NCBI GenBank assembly: GCA_030603365.1
Contig: JAUVXV010000012.1
Location: 32,001 to 96,000 of the forward strand
DNA from: Candidatus Heimdallarchaeota archaeon
GTDB taxonomy: Archaea; Asgardarchaeota; Heimdallarchaeia; Heimdallarchaeales; Heimdallarchaeaceae
Length of the DNA stretch: 64,000 nucleotides
Direction: 5' to 3'
Shown: one piece after another, positions 10,904 to 20,375 of the stretch
Numbering within the stretch: the stretch's first letter is position 1
Layout: each line of letters begins with the position of its first letter
Notes under the pieces: model-generated
The model's database searches: none
The model's input: the letters and a program-made list of their open reading frames with translations, nothing else
Told to the model about the DNA's origin: nothing
Translations under genes and position numbers: made by a program

Positions 10904-12907
10904 GTGGCCGAATCAATCTCTAAGGAATTAAAGGAAATAGAACACTTAACAATAATAGGAAAATACTATGAAGCTATAAAGAACACTGAGAATATTCTAG
11001 AGTTAAAAGAGCTTAGTGAAAAAGAAAGAGTTCGAGCATTGATTTTACAGAGTAAGAGTTTCTCTATGCTAGGGAAATTTGAATTTAGGGAGGAATATCT
11101 TCAGAGAAGCTTAGAATTATCATTGTTAGCTTTTAACAAAAGCAAGAAATTAAATGATCTAGTTTTTACAGCTGAAGCTCTTACTTGGAATGTATGGGTT
11201 TCCAGTTTTGGTCTGGAATCTATGGGGGTCCAAAAATTTGAACCTAATGATTTTTTAGAAAAAGAAAAGCAATTAAATGATATATACGAGGAAATGAAGA
11301 TAAAAGAGATCTCTGTTCCTAAAAAAACAGAAGCTCTGATTCTTTTAGTTTTGTCATTAGAATCTTATGGTAAAGCAGAAATTATTGAACAATACTCTTG
11401 GGACAGAAAAGAAGATCTAGAGTTATTAGAAAAAGGTTTGAAACTAATAAATGAAGTAGATAATAAAGAAAATAGAATGTTCTTGTACTGGTTCAAGGCT
11501 CAAATATTCAATGATATTGGTGACTACGATAATGCAAGAAATTCCTATGAATTTGGATTAAGTATTGCTGAGGAGTTAAGTAATGAATATTTTATCAGTT
11601 TTTTTCTTTATCAGATTGGAATGATTTATTGGCAGATGGGAGAACTTAACCTATTGTATGATTTCATGATTAAATCCCTGGAATTTAGAGATAAATTAGG
11701 GAATATTCGAGGAACTGGTCAGATATATTTTCGTCTAGGTGTTTTCTATGGAGAAACTGGAGAATGGAAAAGAGCTCTTGAGCATTTCCAAAAAGGATAT
11801 GATATTTTATCAGAAAAAGGTAAAATAGAGAGCTATAACTCCTTGCTGATGAATATCGGTGTATGTTTCTCTCTAATGGGAGACGTTGAGAAAGCTTTGA
11901 AATATTCTCAAATAGCTTACGAAACGAATAGAAAACTAGGTAAGACACGTTTTGCATATCAAAATCTCACAAATATAGGTTTGATACATGCTAGTAAAGG
12001 AGATTTGGATAAAGCTTTGGAGCTATATGAAGAGATTCTAGCCTATTATGAAAAAACAGGATATAAAATAGGAATATTTGGAACATTTAATAATATGGGA
12101 AGGTTGTATTTTCGTAAAGGAATGTTCTATAAAGCTATTGAATTTTGTGAAAAAGCTCTTGTTTTTTTTCAAGATATAGGAAACAAAACTGCTATAATTT
12201 CAACTCTGAATTATTTAGCTATAATATCATCAGAGCATAATAGAAGAGATTTAGCAGAAGTTTATCAAGAGAAACTAGTGGAAATTGCTGAAGATGTTGA
12301 GTACAAGAATATTAAACGATTATCTCTTGTATCAGAAGCTGTAATACTCAAAAATAGTACAAAATCAAGAGAGAGGATTAGAGCTGAAGTACTATTAGAT
12401 CAACTATTACAGGAAGATTTACATCTTGATTTACAAACAGAAGTTCTCTTTCATCTCTGTGATTTATTACTAAAAGAATTAAAAGCAACGTCTGATGAGA
12501 AGATTTTGGTTAAGCTTCAGAAATATGTCAGTAGATTAATAGAAATTGGAACCGCTGTAAACTTTCCCTACTTGACTTGTGAGATTTTGTGGTTTAAATC
12601 CCAATTATCTTTAATAGATGCAGATTTAGATACTGTAAAAGAATTATTAAACCAAGCTCAAGAAATTGCAGAGGAGAAAGGATTTAATCTGTTAGCACTT
12701 AAGATAATCAAAGCAAAAGAACAACTAATTAAGCAAACAATTGAACTAGAAGATCTGGGGATGGAAACATCATCAATCTCACAGAAAATGAATGTTATAA
12801 AGGTTGAAAACGGTTTCAAGAGGATTAAGAATGATGAGAGGTTTGCACTAAATATAGAAAAATTGGTAAGAGCAGATCAAGCGCATCAGTTGAAACATCA
12901 TGTTTAG
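10904..12907 (+). CDS. TPR protein paralog 3
   Basis: Same repeats and RERIRAEV / LWFKSQLSL / ENGFK motifs; GTG start. Confidence 0.88.
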   Translation: MAESISKELKEIEHLTIIGKYYEAIKNTENILELKELSEKERVRALILQSKSFSMLGKFEFREEYLQRSLELSLLAFNKSKKLNDLVFTAEALTWNVWVSSFGLESMGVQKFEPNDFLEKEKQLNDIYEEMKIKEISVPKKTEALILLVLSLESYGKAEIIEQYSWDRKEDLELLEKGLKLINEVDNKENRMFLYWFKAQIFNDIGDYDNARNSYEFGLSIAEELSNEYFISFFLYQIGMIYWQMGELNLLYDFMIKSLEFRDKLGNIRGTGQIYFRLGVFYGETGEWKRALEHFQKGYDILSEKGKIESYNSLLMNIGVCFSLMGDVEKALKYSQIAYETNRKLGKTRFAYQNLTNIGLIHASKGDLDKALELYEEILAYYEKTGYKIGIFGTFNNMGRLYFRKGMFYKAIEFCEKALVFFQDIGNKTAIISTLNYLAIISSEHNRRDLAEVYQEKLVEIAEDVEYKNIKRLSLVSEAVILKNSTKSRERIRAEVLLDQLLQEDLHLDLQTEVLFHLCDLLLKELKATSDEKILVKLQKYVSRLIEIGTAVNFPYLTCEILWFKSQLSLIDADLDTVKELLNQAQEIAEEKGFNLLALKIIKAKEQLIKQTIELEDLGMETSSISQKMNVIKVENGFKRIKNDERFALNIEKLVRADQAHQLKHHV

Positions 12908-12981
12908 AGAAATTTTAATTAAATACCACTAATACAGAAAAGAGTTTTATTCTAGTTTCACCTATAATATATATTCCATAG

Positions 12982-14955
12982 GTGAAAAAGCTGTCTTTAA
13001 CTATAATTGAAAAAATAGAAGGGCTCAAATCACTTTATCTTTGTGGAAAGTATCATGAAGTTCTAAATGATATTAAAGGTCTTGTAATGAAGGATTATGA
13101 AGAAAAAAATGTTGTTGATCTATTAATCTTACAGAGTAGATGTCTTTATCGATTAAGAGTATTCGAATGGGAACCGAAATATAATGATGAAGGTTACAAG
13201 AAAATTAATGAAGCTTATGTAAGAAGTAAAAAATTGAATGATATTGATCTCATTTTTGATTCTCTTTACACAAAGATATGGTATACCAGTCTCAAAGACA
13301 AACACGATGAAGTAATGATGTTATTTGACGAAGCAACATCCGTCCTTGATGAAATTGAAATCATGTTTCCTGAATCCTATGATTTCAGAAAAGCTATGTT
13401 GCTATCTTTAGCTGAGCTAAAACAATATAATATACAGAAATTGGATAAGAAAATCAATAGTGACTATAACCAGCTTGTTAAAATTTTCAATGAGGCTTTA
13501 TCACTTGCTACAAAAAATAAGATCCCAGAAGATCCACTTTCTAAAGAACTACCTCTATTTCTTTTAGGTAGTCTAGGAATTTTTCACAATATTAATAACG
13601 ATTATGAAAAAGCACTCTATTATTTCAATCAGGCTTTAGAGGTTGTTGATAAAATCGGTAATGAACATTGGAGAAGTGAGTTGTTCTATAGAATAGCAAT
13701 GATGTCTTGGATAAAAGGTGACTATGATTCTTTTCTAGATTATGCTACAAAATCAATGGAAATAAGAAAAGAAATTGGTAATGTGAGAGGTTATGGACGA
13801 TCTTGTGGAGATTTAGGAATATACTATTGTGAAATAGGTGAATACAAAAAAGCTCTTGAACAATTTCAGAAAGCCTATAACATCCTCTCAGAAGATGGTA
13901 AAAGAGAGGATGACTTCTACCATTTAGACAATATTGGAGTTGCATATTTCTATCTAGGAGAAGTTGATAAATCATTAGAATATTATCAAAAATCACACAA
14001 GATTCTTCTAAAAATAGGTAACGAGTATGGCGTTTATCACATTCTTGGAAACATAGCAGGAACATACCAACTTCAAGGGAAATTGGATAAATCCTTAAAG
14101 ATTCAAGAAGAAAGAGTAGATTATTATAAGAAAAAAGGATATAAAGTTGAGTTATCACAGGCTCTATATTGTATTCATCTGGTCTATAGAGATAAAGGCC
14201 AAGTCAATAAAGCTTTAGAGATACTCAAGAAATCATTGACTATTAGAAAAAAAATAGGTAATCCATTCCATATTGTATCTACTCTTTATGAATTGATCAA
14301 GTTTACCTCCAAAAATAATTGGAAAGAAATAGCTGAACAATACTTTGAGGAATTAAAAGTAGTTATGAAAGATATTAAACATGAAAAAACAAAGCGTTAT
14401 CTATTGCTTACTGAAGGTTTAATCCTGAAAAACAGTGCAGAAATAAGGGAAAGAATAAGAGCAGAGGTGCTCTTTGATACACTCCTGCAGGAAGATCTAA
14501 ATTATCATCTTCTTGTAGAGATTTTGTTTAATTTATGCGATTTATTATTATCTGATTTAAAGCGTACGGGGGATGAAAAAACCCTTAATAAGCTTCAAAA
14601 TCATATAGATACTCTAATTCAAACTAGTACTAAAAATAACATATATCAATTAAAAATTGAAAGTTTGTGGTTCAAAGCTCAGTTGTCAATACTAGATGGC
14701 AAATTTGAAGATGCACAACAACTCCTTTCACAATCTTTAGCTCTAGCAGAGGACAAGGGATATAACATGTTAATTGTGAAAATTAACAACTCTAAAGATG
14801 ATGCAATTAAGAGAATAATTGACCTTGAGAAAGAAGCTGTAAGTTTATCAATTCAGGATAAAATGGGAATTCTAAAGCTTGAGAACGGTTTTAAGGCTAT
14901 TAAGGAAGCAAAAGTTTTCGATGCTTCTGATCTTCAATTAAAACAGCATGTTTAA
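12982..14955 (+). CDS. TPR protein paralog 4
   Basis: Same family motifs (RERIRAEV, LWFKAQLS, ENGFK); GTG start. Confidence 0.88.
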   Translation: MKKLSLTIIEKIEGLKSLYLCGKYHEVLNDIKGLVMKDYEEKNVVDLLILQSRCLYRLRVFEWEPKYNDEGYKKINEAYVRSKKLNDIDLIFDSLYTKIWYTSLKDKHDEVMMLFDEATSVLDEIEIMFPESYDFRKAMLLSLAELKQYNIQKLDKKINSDYNQLVKIFNEALSLATKNKIPEDPLSKELPLFLLGSLGIFHNINNDYEKALYYFNQALEVVDKIGNEHWRSELFYRIAMMSWIKGDYDSFLDYATKSMEIRKEIGNVRGYGRSCGDLGIYYCEIGEYKKALEQFQKAYNILSEDGKREDDFYHLDNIGVAYFYLGEVDKSLEYYQKSHKILLKIGNEYGVYHILGNIAGTYQLQGKLDKSLKIQEERVDYYKKKGYKVELSQALYCIHLVYRDKGQVNKALEILKKSLTIRKKIGNPFHIVSTLYELIKFTSKNNWKEIAEQYFEELKVVMKDIKHEKTKRYLLLTEGLILKNSAEIRERIRAEVLFDTLLQEDLNYHLLVEILFNLCDLLLSDLKRTGDEKTLNKLQNHIDTLIQTSTKNNIYQLKIESLWFKAQLSILDGKFEDAQQLLSQSLALAEDKGYNMLIVKINNSKDDAIKRIIDLEKEAVSLSIQDKMGILKLENGFKAIKEAKVFDASDLQLKQHV

Positions 14956-14980
14956 GATACAATAATTATGTTATTTCTTC

Positions 14981-15922
14981 TTATTTTTTGTTCTTCTTAA
15001 CATATTCCAATAGATTCAGGATAATTCGAGAGTCTGATTCTGGAAGAATAACTACTTTTTCAATTCCCTCACTACCTTTGACTGTTATTTCTAATCTTCC
15101 ATCAGGATGGATGATGGATGATTCAATCGCAGGAATAGGTCTAGCATAGGTTGTTCCTCCTGGAATTTTCACAAATAATCTCTTATTTGATATCCATAAT
15201 GTTCCATTTTGCCCTATAACAGGACCTACTACATCACGAACTGAATCAATGTAGAGTATCTTCTCTCCTTCTAACTCTTGAATATCATTCATTTCTGAAG
15301 TAAGAGATCTATTAATAGAAGATAATGCCATCAGCTGATCTATTGCTAATGAGAACAAGGGATCCTCTATAGAAACAAACTGTACTCTATCTCCTTTATC
15401 AATCAGAGCAATGAGTCTATGTCTTGCAAAAGCTACTAAGGCATCTGAATCTCCACCTGTGGCATAGAAATTAAATTTATTTCCTTGAAAGAATCTGTTA
15501 AACAGACTCTCATCACTAGAAAAAATGTAGATATAATCCTCTGCTCTGAGCTTTTCAGTAAAATTTCCTATTGAATGAAATCCATATTCGTGTGCTCCAC
15601 CAGCTGTTTCATATGATCTTTCTAAAGCATCTGATAGACTAGTAGATGCATCGCTGAATTGTTTAATAAAATCTTTGAATCTTTTAATAGGTTTATCAGC
15701 AAAGTAAATTACAGGTTTAGTATCTTCATCCTTTCCTACGAATCCTTTGTTATATAATTCTTCTAATACACCATATATCTTAGCTTGTGGTATCTTGGTT
15801 GCTTTGGCTAACTCAGGTGCACTTGCTTTTCCTAATTTTACTATTTCTAAGAAAGCTCTTGATCCGTACTCAGAGAATCCTAGTAGTTTTAGTTTGTCTA
15901 CTAAATCACTTTGCTTTGACAT
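14981..15922 (-). CDS. TrmB-family transcriptional regulator with an atypical C-terminal domain
   Basis: LGFSEYGSRAF..ASAPELAKATKIPQAKIYGVLEELYNKGFV is a TrmB winged HTH. Confidence 0.85.
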   Translation of the reverse strand: MSKQSDLVDKLKLLGFSEYGSRAFLEIVKLGKASAPELAKATKIPQAKIYGVLEELYNKGFVGKDEDTKPVIYFADKPIKRFKDFIKQFSDASTSLSDALERSYETAGGAHEYGFHSIGNFTEKLRAEDYIYIFSSDESLFNRFFQGNKFNFYATGGDSDALVAFARHRLIALIDKGDRVQFVSIEDPLFSLAIDQLMALSSINRSLTSEMNDIQELEGEKILYIDSVRDVVGPVIGQNGTLWISNKRLFVKIPGGTTYARPIPAIESSIIHPDGRLEITVKGSEGIEKVVILPESDSRIILNLLEYVKKNKK

Positions 15923-15967
15923 TCTGGTATACCTTAACTACGTGTCTTTAAAAACATATCTGTTCAT

Positions 15968-16034
15968 TTACTACTGCGGTAGTAAGTCGAATGACAATCC
16001 TTATATATGTCGGCACTTACTACTGGAGTAGTAA
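15968..16034. promoter_or_regulatory. Two palindromic operators TTACTAC-N4-GTAGTAA flanking a TATA box
   Basis: ttactac-tgcg-gtagtaa at 15968-15985, ttactac-tgga-gtagtaa at 16017-16034, TTATATAT at 16001-16008; lies between divergent genes. Confidence 0.8.
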
Positions 16035-16066
16035 CATAAAAAGTAACTACCGTGGTGTGAAAAAAA

Positions 16067-17470
16067 ATGTCAAAATCAAGAATGCGATACATGAACGGTC
16101 TGGTCGTTGTGGCTATAGTTTTCATTAGCTTAGCAATCGTACCAGTTGGTGTTTTATCTGGTGTGATCTTCAGTGAAGGTGGATATAATATGCATGAATT
16201 CACTGTTGGTCCCAATGACAATCAAACTGTACATATGCAGGTTATGGGAGATCTTATGTTCTATTATGACGTAGCATCTTATCCTATTAGTTCTGAAGAC
16301 ATAGAGATTTATCTCTTAACTGATGCTCAATATATTAGTTGGAGTGGTGACAATACAACTCCTACTGAGTATGTACTTTCTACTACTGGAGACCTCCCAT
16401 TCAGGTGGATAGAGGCAAAAGGTGAAGATCATTATCTAATCGTATACAATTACGATGGTGTGGAAACACTCGATGTTGAGCTTCATTATGTAACAGCTGA
16501 CAGAGCTAAAGTAATCGCCTTATTATCTGTAGGAATATTCTTCTCTCTATGGGTAACTATTCTAACACTTTATACTATAGCATATATTCTAAAAGTATTA
16601 ATTTTCATTCCTATTTTTGGATTAAGATATACTAATGGTGATAGCAGAAGGAAAGAAAGAAGCTATAGTTATGACTATAGAGTTTCTCGAGCTCCTGCAG
16701 CTCCCGCTACCCCAGCAGCGCCAGCAGCACCTGCTGCAAAAGGTATCCCTGCTGTCAAAGCAGCACCAGCTGCTAGACCTATATTACCTAAAGCTCCTCA
16801 AGCACCTATTCCTGTTGGACCAGCTGCTCAAAACATTTCTGCTAACTATATTATAGCAGGAACAGCAAGAGATTATCCTAAAGATGATTTCAAAAGATTC
16901 TGGATGAAAACTTGGGATGGATCAGGAATTGCTGAGAAAGTTCTAGTAGTTATAGCACTATTCTTCTTACTAACTGGTGCAGTAACTACCACATGGTATA
17001 TTTTAGCTGTCTTCCCCTTAACTCTGCTTGGTATAGCAACAATAGTATTCTTCACAAATCGTAACCGACGTGAAAAACTGGTCAGATTAGTCGAAAGTCA
17101 TGGCGCAATCTACATCAGTGATGCTGCAAGAATACTTCGAACATCTACTGAGTTCATCAGAATGGATGCATGGAAGATAGTAAACCTTGGATTAGGCCCA
17201 ATAGCATTTGATACTCAAAACCATATCCTCTTTGACGTCACTAAAGTCGATCCATCCAAGGCTGGTAAAATGTCTCCAGAAGCTAAGAAAGTTCATGATG
17301 AGTTAGTATCTGAAGTCGCTGAGAAAGAAACAAAGGACAAAACAGAAGAAAAGAAAGTAGTTGAAGTTGTTTCAGGCGAAGAGGTTAAGTGCCCCTTCTG
17401 TGACAGTAATAACCCCCCTGACTCTTCATTCTGCATAAAATGCGGTGCAAGCCTAAAGCCTGCAAAATAA
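16067..17470 (+). CDS. Multi-pass membrane protein: external beta-rich domain, Ala/Pro-rich linker, winged-helix-like segment, C-terminal Zn ribbon
   Basis: About four hydrophobic segments; APAAPATPAAPAAPAA; CPFC..FCIKCGASL. Confidence 0.75.
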   Translation: MSKSRMRYMNGLVVVAIVFISLAIVPVGVLSGVIFSEGGYNMHEFTVGPNDNQTVHMQVMGDLMFYYDVASYPISSEDIEIYLLTDAQYISWSGDNTTPTEYVLSTTGDLPFRWIEAKGEDHYLIVYNYDGVETLDVELHYVTADRAKVIALLSVGIFFSLWVTILTLYTIAYILKVLIFIPIFGLRYTNGDSRRKERSYSYDYRVSRAPAAPATPAAPAAPAAKGIPAVKAAPAARPILPKAPQAPIPVGPAAQNISANYIIAGTARDYPKDDFKRFWMKTWDGSGIAEKVLVVIALFFLLTGAVTTTWYILAVFPLTLLGIATIVFFTNRNRREKLVRLVESHGAIYISDAARILRTSTEFIRMDAWKIVNLGLGPIAFDTQNHILFDVTKVDPSKAGKMSPEAKKVHDELVSEVAEKETKDKTEEKKVVEVVSGEEVKCPFCDSNNPPDSSFCIKCGASLKPAK

Positions 17471-17471
17471 C

Positions 17472-17504
17472 TTTCTTCTACTTTTTTCTTCCTCTTTTCA
17501 TTTT
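17472..17504 (+). repeat. 33-bp pyrimidine-rich direct repeat, copy 1 (probable terminator)
   Basis: tttcttctacttttttcttcctcttttcatttt immediately after the stop at 17470; 32/33 identical to 19651-19683. Confidence 0.7.
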
Positions 17505-17670
17505 ATTTTTCTTTTTTTCTTCTACCTAATATGTTGATTGGGACATGTTATGAACCTTTCATCTCTTATTTCTCTATCTATAGATTCTACAAAAACTAAC
17601 TAAATTCATTTCTACAAAAAGTTTTAATTGATAATTGTGTTGTTTATATGTTAGACTTCGGTGAGAATAT

Positions 17671-19644
17671 TTGGCAATAACAAAGTCGCAGGAAATTAAA
17701 GAAATAGAAGAATTAAAGATTAGTGGTAAATGCTACGAAGCTTTAGAGAGAATAGAAGAAATTCTGAAGAAGAAAGAAACATCTAAAGTTGAGAAAATCC
17801 AAATTAAAATATTAAAAAGTGAGATTCTCAATTTATTAGGTCTATTTGAAGCATATAGAGAAAAACATGAAGAAAGCTTAAAAATATCCTCTGAAGCATT
17901 AGTAGAAAGTGAAAAACTGGGGGAGATGGTTCTTGTCTTTGATTCTCTTCTATGGAAAAACGTGAATTTATTTATTTTAGGTAGATATAAGGAATTTGTG
18001 GAAGGAGTAAACAGACTTGAAGAAATCATCCTAAAATTAGAAGGGGAAAAATATTCGGTTTTAAGTGAAAAAAAAGCATACTTGTTATGGATAAAATCGC
18101 TTGTTGGACTTGGAAAATCAATGTATGTGGAAAATTATAAATGGAATATCCAAGAATCAATAGAAATTTTAGAAAAAGGAGTAAAAGAAGCTAAAAACAC
18201 TGAAAATATAGAAATTCTGGTGCGCTTGTTTTTTTGTTCATCATGGATGTATGAATTGGCAGGCAACTTTGATAAAGCTATAGAATTTAGTAATAAAGCA
18301 TTAGAGGTAGTAGAAGAATTAGGCAATGACTATTGGAAAGGTTATTTATTAGCACTAATTGCGATGAACTACTGTCGAAAAGGAGAATATGGTTCACTTT
18401 TGGAATACGCTAAGAAATCCCTAGAAGTAAGAGAAAAAGTCGGAAATGAAAGATTTCTAGCTGAATCCTATGCTCAAATAGGTGTTTATTACGGAGAGAC
18501 AGGCGAATGGAAAGAATGTTTAGAATACACACAAAAAGCTCATAATATTCTTACTGAGAACGGGAAGAGAGATAACGAACCAGGAATGTTGAATAATATT
18601 GCTGTTTGTTATAATCTATTAGGTGAAATAGACAAAGCGTTAGAATATCACGAGAAATTATATGAGATTCAAAAGAAAAACGAAAATATATCAGGATCTT
18701 ATTTTACTCTTGGAAATATTGCTGGAATATATTTTCACAAAGGTGAAATAGACAAAGCGTTAGAATTAACAGAACAAGTCCTTGATTTTTATGAGCGAAC
18801 AGGAGCAAAATTTTCGATAGCTGTACATCTAAATTTCATAAGTTTGATTTATAGTAGAAAAGGAGCATTCAACAAATCCTTAGAATATCTAGAGAAAGCT
18901 CTAGAGATTTATTTAGAACTCGGTAATAAAAGAAAGCTAGCTGATACTTTCTATAATTTCATAGTACTTGCTACAAAATATGATAAAATGGATTTAGCGA
19001 AGGAATACTATAAGAAACTTGAAGGAATAATTGAAGAGATTGAACACAAAAATGTCAAACGATTAGTTCTCATTGCTGAAGGGATAATATTAAAGAGCAG
19101 CAACGAATCTCGAGATAGAGACAGAGCAGAAGTATTGTTTGATCAGCTTCTTCAGGAAGATATAAATCCCTATCTTACAATGGAAGTTCTTTTACAACTA
19201 AGTGAACTACTATTAACTGAATTAAAAGAAACCTCAAATGAAAGATATCTAACTAAACTGCAAAGGAATATCAGCACATTAATTGAGATAGGAACTGAGA
19301 ACAATTTTCCACTAATTATTATTGAAAGCTTATGGTTTAAATCTCAGTTATCTTTGTTAAATTTGAATGTAGATAAGGCACGAGAATTACTTTCACAAGC
19401 GCTTGACATTGCTGAAAGAAAGGGACTAAACAGATTAGCCTTGAAAATAACTAATTCTAAGGAACAGTTGATCAGGCAAAAGATTGAACTTGAAGAGCTA
19501 GAAAAAGAATCTCCTACCATTTCCCAAAGAATGGAACTAGTTAAAGTTGAAAATGGTTTCAAAGAATTAAAACAAAAGGAAATATTCAAGTTCAAAATCG
19601 ATAAGGTCGAATCATCCAAGAAATTGCTTTCTTTGCAAATTTAG
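17671..19644 (+). CDS. TPR protein paralog 5 (closest to paralog 1)
   Basis: Same family motifs; TTG start after GGTGA; leader sequence resembles that of paralog 1. Confidence 0.88.
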   Translation: MAITKSQEIKEIEELKISGKCYEALERIEEILKKKETSKVEKIQIKILKSEILNLLGLFEAYREKHEESLKISSEALVESEKLGEMVLVFDSLLWKNVNLFILGRYKEFVEGVNRLEEIILKLEGEKYSVLSEKKAYLLWIKSLVGLGKSMYVENYKWNIQESIEILEKGVKEAKNTENIEILVRLFFCSSWMYELAGNFDKAIEFSNKALEVVEELGNDYWKGYLLALIAMNYCRKGEYGSLLEYAKKSLEVREKVGNERFLAESYAQIGVYYGETGEWKECLEYTQKAHNILTENGKRDNEPGMLNNIAVCYNLLGEIDKALEYHEKLYEIQKKNENISGSYFTLGNIAGIYFHKGEIDKALELTEQVLDFYERTGAKFSIAVHLNFISLIYSRKGAFNKSLEYLEKALEIYLELGNKRKLADTFYNFIVLATKYDKMDLAKEYYKKLEGIIEEIEHKNVKRLVLIAEGIILKSSNESRDRDRAEVLFDQLLQEDINPYLTMEVLLQLSELLLTELKETSNERYLTKLQRNISTLIEIGTENNFPLIIIESLWFKSQLSLLNLNVDKARELLSQALDIAERKGLNRLALKITNSKEQLIRQKIELEELEKESPTISQRMELVKVENGFKELKQKEIFKFKIDKVESSKKLLSLQI

Positions 19645-19650
19645 AAAGAT

Positions 19651-19683
19651 TTTCTTCTACTTTTTTCTTCCCCTTTTCATTTT
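19651..19683 (+). repeat. 33-bp pyrimidine-rich direct repeat, copy 2 (probable terminator)
   Basis: tttcttctacttttttcttccccttttcatttt, 6 nt after the stop of paralog 5. Confidence 0.7.
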
Positions 19684-19720
19684 TTTTATTATTTCTTCTT
19701 GGAATAATATTTAGTTTGAT

Positions 19721-20284
19721 TCAAATCAGAATTGGATCAACATATTTCCAATTTTTATCTGATTCTTTGAAGTTTTTACGCTCCTTTTCAGTTGTTATTT
19801 CTGTTTTAATTTGACAATAAGAGTCTCCACACAGAATATTTTTGGTATGAATAGCTTTGTTAGAAGAATCATTTGCCATAGAATGTGCTGCGTCGATATA
19901 ACAATAGAGTTTCCCTAATTCTTCTTCTTTCAACAAATTAAACACCTTAGCTAGACTACAATCATGAATCTCTAAAGAAGAGAAATCTATCTCCTCCTCC
20001 TCACTAAAGATATCCCGAGTATCTAAGAATTCTTCTCCTTTGTATACATATTTGTCATGAATACCATAAAATGGATGATCTTGATCTGTATGTTTAGAAT
20101 ATTCTTCTATTAATCTTCCATATTCCATTATACTTCTGACTATTAGCTCTTTTCCTTGTTCTTCACCAAATTGATCCACTAATACTTTTGAAAAGCCTAG
20201 ATGTAGAAGAGCTAAACGTGAAAATGAGACTTGAACTTGTTGAAATGCTTCCTCAAATGGAACAACTTCTTGTTTTTCTTTCAT
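19721..20284 (-). CDS. L-2-amino-thiazoline-4-carboxylic acid hydrolase-like (V4R-related) protein
   Basis: CSLAK..LGKLYCYID..GDSYC pattern; ATG at 20284 preferred. Confidence 0.65.
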   Translation of the reverse strand: MKEKQEVVPFEEAFQQVQVSFSRLALLHLGFSKVLVDQFGEEQGKELIVRSIMEYGRLIEEYSKHTDQDHPFYGIHDKYVYKGEEFLDTRDIFSEEEEIDFSSLEIHDCSLAKVFNLLKEEELGKLYCYIDAAHSMANDSSNKAIHTKNILCGDSYCQIKTEITTEKERKNFKESDKNWKYVDPILI

Positions 20285-20375
20285 TGCTATACCATTTATT
20301 AATTGTAAAAACACTATAAATTGTTTTTCTATTGATTTTAGAGAAAAAAAAATGAGAGAGAATAATCTCTTTGAA

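Noticed and set aside
16685-16830. GC-richer repetitive tract as CRISPR or tandem DNA repeat
   Set aside because: It encodes the in-frame Ala/Pro linker with varied codons; no repeat-spacer structure.
6835-19644. Diversity-generating retroelement or Rap/Phr-style peptide signalling behind the TPR array
   Set aside because: No reverse transcriptase and no template/variable repeat pair seen; the 74-87 nt spacers show no convincing secreted-peptide ORF.
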